From Marsupella aquatica (taxonomy: Eukaryota; Plantae; Marchantiophyta): 64,000 bases of DNA. Positions 48,628-59,490 of this stretch are shown here, piece after piece. How positions within the stretch are numbered: the stretch's first letter is position 1; each line of letters opens with the position of its first letter. The notes beneath the pieces were generated by a model. It was given only the letters and a program-made list of their open reading frames with translations. It made no database searches and was not told the DNA's origin. The translations under genes and the position numbers were made by a program. Location of the stretch: contig OZ316893.1 of assembly GCA_973895155.1 (NCBI GenBank), positions 22,231,844 to 22,295,843 of the forward strand, read 5' to 3'.

Positions 48628-48701
48628 AATATCATTATGCAATTGATGTTGTTAAATAAATGACATCATATACTTAACAACATCAATTGCATAATGATAT
48701 T
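48628..48701. repeat. Perfect 28-bp inverted repeat with 18-nt spacer
   Basis: AATATCATTATGCAATTGATGTTGTTAA (48628-48655) and TTAACAACATCAATTGCATAATGATATT (48674-48701). Confidence 0.95.
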
Positions 48702-51700
48702 TTGTGGAACAAAATCTCTTACTCAAGGACATGTTGTGCATAACATCCTTTAATGTATATTCTTAATGGTATATTTCATGCAACTTAATCTATTGAGCAA
48801 CAACTTTTGACTTCTATATGCAGCTCACTGGATTAAACTCGTAGTACATTTTACACACAATCAGGACCAAATGTTGCAAGACTACTAGACTGCCTTCTTT
48901 GGATATTTGTAGGTCCCTCAATTCTAAATGAAATGTGACGCTACATGGCTCACTTGAAATAGTAGCCAATCTGTTTCTAATGCACCCACAAACATCAGAT
49001 TCCATTGGATATCAAGGGAGATATATGCCTAGTGTCAAAGTTGGTTGAGTTTATTTGAATTTTGATTTGTTGCGGGGAGGAAGCAATGAATTTGACTTGT
49101 TTCATGTCTTTGCTTTGGTCTAGAGATTGTATCCATCCACATCAACACAAAATCTATGACCAAATGAGAGTCATATCTTGATGAGATTGGCAATGGTTTT
49201 TATTTTTATTTTTGAAATACTAAATATCTATTTTTTCAAAATAAATGAAGCCATCCAATCGTTGATCTGCTTACAACATAATCTTGACCATCCAGTGCTT
49301 ATTGGATAAAATAAAAATCACTATTCATCCACTCATGGAGGCATATAAGGTATCAAAAAATCTTGATGAAATATTCTACTAGGGTCACTAGTCTGGGGTT
49401 TTGTAATTTTGACAACCAAGCAATATATAAAATATTACATATGAACTCCAAATTACTCAGACAATATATCCCTTCATCATATTTTTGCTCTACATCCTCA
49501 AATATCCTGAATATGCAATGGTGCAAGGTGTGAACAAACATTTTAATTAAGGCCATTCTGAAAATGATAAATTGTACACACCATATCCAGAGATTCTGCA
49601 AGGCTCTCCAAGGCTTAATTTGGGTCCCAAAATGCTTACAGTTACGATGCGGTGGTATCATTTGGGAAGCAATTATAGGCCTTGCGGGTGAACCCTTTGA
49701 GTCAAATCATCCTAGCCCTCGCCTTATGTAGGAAATATTCCAGAGGTTGTGCAAGGCTTTGGGTCTAAAAAATGTTTACAATGAAGGCATTCTTTTATCA
49801 TTTTGACCATCTTTTGGGAAGCGATGCTAGGCCTTGTGACTGAACCCTTTGTTTTATATTATCCTCACCTTATGTTGAAAATATTCCAGAGACTGTGCCA
49901 AGCTTCGGGTTTTATCATTTGTTTTTCAAGGCATGGTTGTATCATTTGGGAAGGGCAAGAATAAACAAGGGATTCTCAAGACATGCTCACATCATGTGCT
50001 GGTCGACACTCTTTTGTACCAAGCAGGAGCGTCAAGGCCAGGCACTGGCTACAGGAGGGGATGACCAAGTGCGAGAGCAATCCTCCGAAATACTTCAAGA
50101 CAGTTCACCTAAACAGTCAGGTCGATCTCTAGTCTGATTTTGCAAAGCTGATGCTGACTTGGTTCCCTTGTTAAGCAATAAATACTGGCTGCATTTTAGC
50201 AGGACTTTACTCACACCCGATGGATATCCTGAGTCATTCCCAGTCAGCCAATTAGTCTTTTCTTTCAGTTTTGTTTGGTGTGGAGGGACAGAGAACGCTC
50301 CTTATATAGTTCCTGCTGGCAAAGTTTTCATGTGTTGCTCTAGATGGAAGGACGGCCCTGATGGATAGAGTCGCCTCCAACCGGGCCTCCAACCTTCCTG
50401 CCTGACTGTCCGCCCTGTTGGGTGCCTAGTATGTACCCTTATCCTTACATTTAGTTGGTGGTTTTAGATTTTCCAGTATGTTTTGGCTTGCATAATAGTG
50501 CTGTGTTTTCTTTGAGCACCTCTTTCATCAGGCCTATGTGGCCACTTTATCAGTTATTTGGATGATTACAGGTCTCCTGGGCTTAGATTGACATTCTCTT
50601 GATTAGTTCTTCTCCGGTTATATAATATGGACTTCTCCTCTCCATATAATTAGCTACGTAGTTTACTGTCCTATGCACAACACTTGAGAGAGTCTAAATG
50701 TGTTTCCAACACCACTAATTAGACTCACATAAGCGACTCATCCTATATTCATCATCTCCCCCAAGCAATTTACTGTTTACTTTCTCAAATTAATTCCTAC
50801 GCGACCTGTTCTGTCAGGGGGTTAGTAGGCTCAAGTTTTTCACATGCAACACCCAGTTAGAGCCTTAGTGCTTATGTGCAAAATATCACTTACTGTATAT
50901 ATTTCATACAAATCACACTCTGGTTTTGCTTGGTGACGTGACGTCTGCTGCACCGTAAGACCATGCTCAGAATCTACTGAAACTTTAATAAACTAAATAG
51001 TCAACCCGGTTTGCCATATATATATATATATATATCATTTACAGTTACTACTTTGTGGATTTTGAATTTCTCAAGTTGGATGAATTTGTAATATCCTTTA
51101 GTTTTGTTTGGTGTGGAGTGACCAAGATTGCCGCTCAGTTTGGTTGTGGCAACGTGGCCACGGTTGTCACTATACATCGCCTTGACAGCTGTTGACCGCT
51201 TCACAGCTTTTGACCTTGTTGTCCTATGTGGTAGAGTACTTACGGATGCATATTTATTAGTTCCAAGTCTTTTTTGATTAAAAGTTCCTGAGAAAACTTA
51301 TTTAGACTCTCAGAATGGGAGAGTAATATCCACTGTGAAAAGCACTGTTGAGCTAAGAGGGAGGATAGTCCCCAGAGTCAGTACGTGAGCATTCGTCCCA
51401 TGAGGGCAGGAGCAGGAGTAGGTGGGACTAGTCCCAATGTAAAGCAGTAGGGCGGTAAGTAGTGTACGTGTTAGTAACAATAGTGTGTTCGTTGAGCTTA
51501 GCGTCTATCCTATTTAAATAGCCTGAATATACCTGAGCCCTGCAAACACCTAGTATATTTAGCCTGGCATCAGCATGATTAATGGGAGAACTAAATGACA
51601 ATCATAGGGCAGTTCTGTCCTAAATTTCAACATTTTTGGCTTGGGATGACCTTTGTTCCTTTCTATTTTTCTGGGGATCAGTGGACTGATGTTGCCCCCG

Positions 51701-51914
51701 GCCCTTCGGCAGTTTTTGGATGTCTTATGTTCTCATGGGTTACTATAGGGCTCTCATATTGTTCGATTCCCAAAATGAAAAGATACTCTTGAGTCCTACT
51801 ACTCTTCTAAAGTCTATTGCTTAGCTGCATGCCCCCGTCAATTCCTGTTCTTACCCCGGTTCTTCATTAATGTACTTTTGAGTAGGAGTTGTATACCATA
51901 ATAATATATAGCGG

Positions 51915-51918
<4 letters not shown>

Positions 51919-51958
<40 letters not shown>
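51919..51958. repeat. (CT)n microsatellite
   Basis: Directly visible. Confidence 0.95.
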
Positions 51959-51962
<4 letters not shown>

Positions 51963-52642
51963 ACGTGTGTGTGTTTTTATTTGAGGACCAATGCAATACT
52001 ACTCGGTAGTTGCAATTACAATCCCTCTACCTACATGTAGGTCCACTGGTTTGATGGTATATATACCATCGTAAGTAGTTTCCTACTTATATATTATATT
52101 TATATTTAGAATAATATAGCAAGGTTCTTTGGGGGGGCTTCCAAAGTGGTGTGCGGGTACTTCTAGGTTGCTTGGACTTGGATTGGTCTTTGTTTGATTA
52201 TATATATCACTCTCATATTATAATATGGACTACTTTTCCCCCCTGCCTAATGTTTGGCTTCCATTGAATCCTCATTATTAATAAAATTTAATCTGTTATT
52301 TCTTTACTCCCATTGAAAAAATAGGAGCAGAGCCGGCCTGTTATTGGCAACATCTCCCCCTAGTAATTTCATTGACAGTCTGGTATGTTCTGGGATGGCG
52401 TCGAAACTGCCCGGCCCAAATGCAATTCATGATGAGGTTTTGGAATTTACTGAAACATCAATAAATAAAATAGTCAACTGAACATATTCAGAGTTTGGAA
52501 TTTACTTAAACTTCAATAAAGTATATAGTCAACCCAATTTGGCATATATGCTCAAGTACAGCTGCAAGCTACTAATCTCAGATTTCCAACGTTAGTGAAG
52601 AGAATAAATAGAAAGTGCGATAAAAACTAATGTGGAAATTGA

Positions 52643-53842
52643 TCAGAGTGAAACCTCATCGTCTTCACATTGGTTGCCTTCTTCCAACTCAATGGCATTC
52701 GTGGTTTCTTCATGCTTCTCTTCTTCATTTGATATTGAATCCTTTACAAGCTTCAACTCCTCCTCTAGTTTGCAAATTTGATGATGAATCCACTGCAGTG
52801 CACTTCGCCGGTCGCACTCTGAAGATTTCAAATTTTCCAGGCTTCGAAGAAGTTTCTGAACATCTTCGCGGGCCTCTCTTACTTGGTTCTTACTCCATGA
52901 CATTTCTGATTCAAGCATGGATAGTAACAAGGCACGAGGGGGGGTACTTGGCGACTGCGCAAGAGTGGAAGGACTTGGCCGCACCCACGGAATAGGGGAG
53001 GCAGATGCAGTACCAAGTAGCTCAGCCGGAACTTTTTCGAGGGAAAGAACATCCCATCCGCTCTCGGGGATTGGAGACTTCATCGTTGGCTCTTTCAAAG
53101 AGAGGCCTGAAGGAACTCGGGGAGGAACTGCCTCATGAATTGCATCCTCAATAACTTGTGCATCTGCGTGCTTATAGACACGACCAGTTTTCCTTACACA
53201 AGGGGGCCCATTAGGCTTACCTTTGCCTTCTCTATGCCACTGAACAATCTGGCCTTTCAACTTAGATGCAGCGTATGCGGCCCAATTAACTGTCCTCCCC
53301 AACACTCGCTCAGCATACACTCCCTTAACAAATGTATGTGCCAACACTCCATTGACCGGCTTCTCATATCCATCGACAACTTGGGATAAATGTAAGACAT
53401 CCTCTTGTGGCAAGCCTGTGCAACTACCTAGTTTGTAACCGCTCCGTCCCTTATCTCCAAAGCACGTGACTAGCATTTCCTCACTGATGTCAATGATTCT
53501 ATGGAGATTTTCGCCTTCATTTGGAAGGCCAAACTGGGTAGCAAAGAAGCGAGCGTCCTTGTAAAAATCGGCTGGATCCCATTCGTTGTCTGTCGCCTCT
53601 GAAGCTGGCTTCACTCTACCTTTAGATTTCTCAATAGATGCTACCGCTCGAGCAACACAATCATCTGAACTGGGTTTTCCTTTAGAGAGTTTGACTAACA
53701 CAGACCCGGCTGGATCCCATTTGTTGTTTGTCGCCTCTGAAGTTGGCTTCACTCTACCTTTAGATTTCTCAATAGATGCTACCGCTCGAGCACCACAATC
53801 GTCTGAACTGGGTTTTCCTTTAGAGAGTTTGTTGACTAACAC
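52643..53842 (-). CDS. TE-associated ORF (PMD-like domain plus coiled coil) with an internal 138-bp duplication; probably the last exon of a decayed gene
   Basis: 399-codon open frame with a non-ATG start. Motifs QFGLPNEG, GYKLGSC and VNWAAYA parallel FGLPEG, GF..RIC and KWASYF of the 884-aa ORF. 46-aa tandem duplication at the N-terminus. Confidence 0.6.
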   Translation of the reverse strand: MLVNKLSKGKPSSDDCGARAVASIEKSKGRVKPTSEATNNKWDPAGSVLVKLSKGKPSSDDCVARAVASIEKSKGRVKPASEATDNEWDPADFYKDARFFATQFGLPNEGENLHRIIDISEEMLVTCFGDKGRSGYKLGSCTGLPQEDVLHLSQVVDGYEKPVNGVLAHTFVKGVYAERVLGRTVNWAAYAASKLKGQIVQWHREGKGKPNGPPCVRKTGRVYKHADAQVIEDAIHEAVPPRVPSGLSLKEPTMKSPIPESGWDVLSLEKVPAELLGTASASPIPWVRPSPSTLAQSPSTPPRALLLSMLESEMSWSKNQVREAREDVQKLLRSLENLKSSECDRRSALQWIHHQICKLEEELKLVKDSISNEEEKHEETTNAIELEEGNQCEDDEVSL

Positions 53843-54355
53843 AGACCCGGTTGAGCGTTCTTGAGGAGAGTTTCTAATGACCCTACACCCTCACCTCCAT
53901 CAACGGGCAATGGAAGTGGGGTATCCATCAAAACAACTATGAAAAGTCCTGACTAAATCTGATGAGAGTTCTGGTAAATCTAAAGTAGAGAAGGTTACGT
54001 CAAATATCGATGAAAGGAAGTAGAATAGGTGGTGCATTAGGTATCAAAGTTACAAGCGTACCCTCAGTCTGGCCTGCGGAGCACGTCACGCTCATGAAGT
54101 AGCACTTCCACCCAAACCTGCACAAACTCTCCATGCCCACAACATGTCAAAGACCATGTATGCAACATTTGCACCATCGCTGATTTGAAAGTTCTTGAGT
54201 TTACAAGCACCTATCGCCGAACGCGTTGCGACTGTGAGGAATATGAAGGTCTGTCTAGAATTGGTTGAAACTGCAACAAAGCAACATTTGCTTACCCGAG
54301 CTCTAAACCAATGTCACCAAACCGCACCACCTTAGAAAAGATTTGAAAGAATAGA

Positions 54356-57300
54356 CTCGGGGGGGTCACTTCCACGGAAGTGACACATCACGTGCGACGA
54401 AGTATAGGCCCATTTAAATGGGTGTGGCGGAAGACTTCCAAAGTTTGGTGGAAGAACACATAGGGCATGTTTTATTGATTGGTCGACTTTAAAGAACACA
54501 TAGAACAAGAAGCCTTAAAGGGTGAGTAACAAGCCCAAACTCTAAGCACTCTCGTAAAAAAATTGCAGAAACAAAGAAAATGGCAAAAAAGTGGCCAAAA
54601 ATATTACCTGTTTTTTGACAAAATTATAAAACAAACTGAAAGTATTAAAATGACACACTTTTTTCACCATCTCCTAATTACAAAATGATCTCAACTTACT
54701 TTTGATAAAATTACTACCTATAATTTTACTATGCCATTTTAGCAATTTTTACCAAAACATGATTTGTATTTTTAACAAATGATCAAATTACCTCCATAAT
54801 TTATTAGACTTGGGAAATTTTCAAATTCATAAAATATGATCTCTTTTTGACTCTCCAACATGCGCCCCTTCACTCTTTGAGGAAGACTTTTCAATGGAAG
54901 ATGATATCTCCACAAATTCACCACCTACGCTTCCAGATGTACCCGTTCTGATCCAAATCAGATCACTCAATGGCTCCTCTTTTACTCTCAACCTGGCTCT
55001 CAACATGCCTGAGTTTGATTTGTTAGGCAACATCTGAATTTCACAAACATATTGACCCAACTGGGCTCCCCCAACCTCTTCTTGGGGACCTCTTCCAAAT
55101 TCTTATTCTTCCCCTTCAAGTTAATTTCTTGATATTGATTGGCTTCCAATCTCAGCCAAATGATGCAAGTGTGCCCGGGTGACCTTCTTGTGATGATCCT
55201 TTCCTTGCCGGAATTATTTGCAGCCTCAGTAGGTCTTCTTGTGTCCCCGCTTGTGTCAGCGCTCTTACACCTTCCTGGAATTTGAGAGATGTCAGACGAC
55301 CATATTCACTCTCTCCCCTTGGTGCTTGTTGCAACGCTTGACCTTTCCAAAATGCACAACAATCTGGTTTTGAGACAGGACTTAGTGTTTTTAGAAACTT
55401 GTTACAATCGGTCTTCATGAATTCATGAGTCCGCTTTCTCAACTGTCCACTATCTTGAAGACCCTTGAGTCGGACACCCAAATTAACACTAGTCTCAACC
55501 ACATGGGATAGAACTTAACGCCCGGGGAGGCTAGTGCTCTCAAATGAGTGAGAAGAACTTAATGTAGACAAAACACACAAAAGAGCAAAAACCCTTTAAC
55601 TTGAAACAAATGAAATAACATGTTTTCATGAATAGAGGACGCCTATTTGAACTTAATTGGTCCTTTCTCTAATTTAAATGAATAAGAAATGCTTAAATCA
55701 TTTTTCAATAATTAAGCCAATCCTTTCATGACATAGATGAACAAGTCAAGGAAAAAGTTGAAAAAATTATATTTCCAAAAGTTTTTTATGACACAACACT
55801 TTATTAATTAGTCTTCTTGGCTACTAGGTGGTATCCTAGTCCTTTGACTTTTTGGCTTGTTGGGCAACTTAGGGCTTCTTTGGGCCCTTTCCCTTCCCCA
55901 TACCTCCCTTTACTAGATTGCTCAATTATTAATCTCACAATATTGTTTGGACTACGCAATCCAGTTTACTTGGAGAAATAAATCATTTTTAGGTTTGCAT
56001 TCCCACGTTTCATGAGGATAAACATTGGCATTAAAAACCCATATGTTTTTGCCCACCAAGATACGTACTTCCATGACTCATGATTGGAGAGTTTGTCTTG
56101 TTGACCTACTGTTTCCATATGCTTTTTGGAATATTGGCATTTGGAGCACTTTTTGCTTTTATTTCACCATATTTTTTGCATTTCTTGAGATTGAGTGGTT
56201 TGTCTTTATCCCCTTTTCTTTCACTTTTGAAGTCTTTCTTTTGGCTATTCTGGAGATTCTCTCCCTAAGATACCTTATTCTCTTTCATGAATTCATGAAG
56301 GGGCTACCACCTGGGAAACTGAGAAACCAAAAGCTTCATGAATTCATGAACCCCAAAACTGGTTGTGACAAAATACAAAGGGCAAAGACTCTGTTGCAGG
56401 CTCAATGACCTACAAAGGGCTAGGGTAGCCAATTGGCTATGGCAAAGGAGGCTGCGGCCTGGAGAGGGCTATTGCCCCTCACTTAAGCTCAAGTCGCATC
56501 AAGGTGCTGTCATCAGCTGCCGATTGAGGTCAGGCCTAATTTATGGTCTGGGAACGACTGCTAATCTCTGCTGTCGCCTTCAAAATCCTGAAGCTGAAAT
56601 TTTGAATTCCTGGTTTGATGTTGATGCTTTGATTGCTGGATTTCACCTGAGTGTTGGACTTTGATTTCTCAGATTTGGTTATTGAATGAACTTCTACTGT
56701 GATTGACTGCTGCTTGAATTAGCTGTGGTAGACTCTGATTAAATGAGACAGATTCCAATTAGGGGAGATAGCCACAAAGGATCAGGGATAATTTGTGAAA
56801 AATTGAGCTTGAGAGCTAGATCTCAATCGAGCAGACCTAAGGATTGAAGGGGGAGCGAGTGGAGGATGGGAGAGGGAGCAAGGGAGATTGGAATGGGATT
56901 GATAAGGATTGGAAGGGGATTGGAAGGGGATTGGAAGGGGGGCCATTTAGGGATTGGAGGAGGGTGGACAATCGACCGTCAGGGGAACGATCAACCATCA
57001 GAGGGGGATGGAGCACCGGAGGAGGGCAGTCGAGCATCAAGGGGATGATCAAACATTGGAGGGGGAGCGGTAAAAGATCGGGGGGGGAGGGTTTAGGATT
57101 GGGGAAGGGTTTCACTAATCAGGGACCGGGGGAGGGCCGATCGGGAATCAAGATTGATCCAGGGAGGATTAAGGGTTGACCAGGCCTGGTCTGGGTCAAA
57201 AATGAGTCCAAGGTGGGTGGATTGGGAGCAGAAGCAAAGAGAACTATCGAGCTTGGGGGAACTAACTGGAGGGAGCTAGGAGGATCAGGTAGCTTCTTTC

Positions 57301-58024
57301 AGGTGAGAACCCGGCTTCATGATTTCATGAAGCCAGGTGGCTGCCCAAATCAAACTCGATGTACATTTCAATATTGGTATGGATCAAGAGAGTGGGGAGG
57401 ACGTGAAGCGCACCAGAGTAGAGGGTGCAACAGAAGATGTAACTATTGAGCTAGCTCGGATTGAAGCAAGGATCTTCTAGAAGTGGAGAGGAGGTTAGAG
57501 AAGCCTTAGATTAGTTGAGTTGCATTGTATTTAGAGATTTAGTGGACTTAGATGCACACCTACAATGGATAGTGGCATTCTAATTAAGATTTTGAGTTTG
57601 CACAAACTCAGATCAAAGACCGTAAATTTTATGTTTGTAATTAAGTATGGATTTGTTGTTTTTGGTAATTGTGAAAATGATGTTGAAAATATCCCAAGAT
57701 TTTCATTGAAAGAATTATAATAGCAAAGTTCACAAAACATGTTTCATTTTTATATGTTTTTTTAAAGCACTTTTGGAAAAATCATGAAAATCTTGAAAAA
57801 GGAATTCGGGCCTTGGACTCATCCCTTAAGGCTCCATGTTATAGGCCTATTTAATTGCAAAAAATACTTTCTATAAAGTTTTTAGGGGTTTTTTAATAAA
57901 AAATGACAAAATTTTAAGAAAGAAAGGGCTTTGCAAAAAAATATTTTTCACTTTAAAGTTAGGGGGGTCAAACCCTAAAACGTCGCACGCGATGTATGAC
58001 CCTCCATATAGTGACCCCCCCGAG
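54356..58024. mobile_element. 3,669-bp non-autonomous TIR DNA transposon (CTCGGG family) with perfect 8-bp TSD
   Basis: Perfect 15-bp TIR CTCGGGGGGGTCACT / AGTGACCCCCCCGAG, extending imperfectly to about 44 bp. TSD AGAATAGA at 54348-54355 and 58025-58032. No transposase ORF inside. Confidence 0.92.
55400..56370. mobile_element. Solo-LTR-like segment nested in the 3.7-kb TIR element
   Basis: Ends TGTTACAATCGG / CTGGTTGTGACA, each next to a TTCATGAATTCATGA palindrome. Flanks AAACT / AAATA match only partly. Confidence 0.4.
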
Positions 58025-59490
58025 AGAATAGAGAGTCCGCAATGCTATGTTTCCTTCAAGCACTAAAATTGAAACATTCGGTAGAACTCCTCAATGTTCA
58101 TTGTCGATGTTTACTGCCGACATCCACTACTTTGCGACATTCAGTCTCGTTCAGTCTTGCCACCACTATCATTGACAATCCCCTAAGCCTCCCAAACAAA
58201 CTACTTTGCGACACTACTCGGCGTTCACTCCCCCCGCCACTGTCGTTGAGTATCCCCGAAGCCTCCCGAACATCTGGAAATCTAAGGCACAGCAGGCCCC
58301 AGCGGCCAATTCCTCACCGTTGATGGAAACCCACGGATGGCACGGAAGTCGCGCGGCTATTTCAAACTTGGCGGCGATTTCAAACTGCGAGAATGACGGA
58401 ACTGGTCCCCTCCTTCTTCTCCGTGGAAGGACCTTAGTGGCTAGAAATGATGCGATGTCCTTTTGCGTCATTAATTCCTTCACGGGGTTGAAGTCCTTGG
58501 TGGCCCCACTATCCTTCAATCTTGATCGTTGATCTTCGTATCACCACAAGGACTACCTCTCCATTTTGGTGATCCTTTTTGCGTCCTTTTGCCCCCCTCA
58601 AGCTTGCAATTGACCCCTTGTTCCGCATCTGCAAGAATGTCATTACAGTGCTGCTCTGCATCCGCAAGAACCTCGTTCTCCCAATTGCACTGAGTGGTTG
58701 CATCTTTTTTCTTCCTCTCAGACTGATCATAGTATTTCTGACGCCTTCTTTGGTTACGAGCCTCTCTCTTTATCCTTTCAAGTGCATCTTCTACGTTACT
58801 AAGAATCACCATCTCTCGTTGATGAATTTGCAAATAAGCTCTGTATGTGCCCACCCTCTATGCACTCACCTCTACTCTAAATATCTCCGACTTCCGAAAT
58901 GGAATTGTTCATGAATAAGGAAGACTCTCAAGTGAAAGGAGGGATCTGAAAATAATGCAACATCAAACCTGACCGTGTGCATTCTTTCAAGCGTTTCTTT
59001 AAGAATGGGAATATTGAAAGCATTGCGTGTTGTGCCTTGAGCTTTGGATACAGAGTCCGACGCAACATTCAAAATAAGTCACGAAGCTCCAAAGGAGTCA
59101 TCGGGCAACAGTGGTTGCAACAGTCCTTGTTTTGGATTTAGCATAAAGTTTGGGATGTCTTAATTGATATTATGAATTTTGAACCGTCCTAAAACCGACG
59201 TCTATAATCAAACAAAGATCCTTAATCACTAACAACTGGCTTTTGGGGCCACCACTTCGCTTTAGAGGGGTACATTCAATGCATATTTGGACTCAAATTC
59301 AAATCTAACCGGCTAGGGGTGACCAACGGGAGGGAAGAAGAGGAGGAGAGGGGTAAGGACCGCTCGCAAGGAATAGTGGCTCATTTGCAAGAACGAACTG
59401 GGCAGACGACTACGGGAGGCCAAATACTGTCAGCTGCTTAGGCAAGCACTTGGGGGGGGAACAGATACCAATGATCGACTCAAGGAGGGT

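Noticed and set aside
56837-57179. Gly-rich and Pro-rich ORFs inside the TIR element
   Set aside because: They derive from GGATTGGAAGG-type low-complexity repeats and have no transposase motifs.
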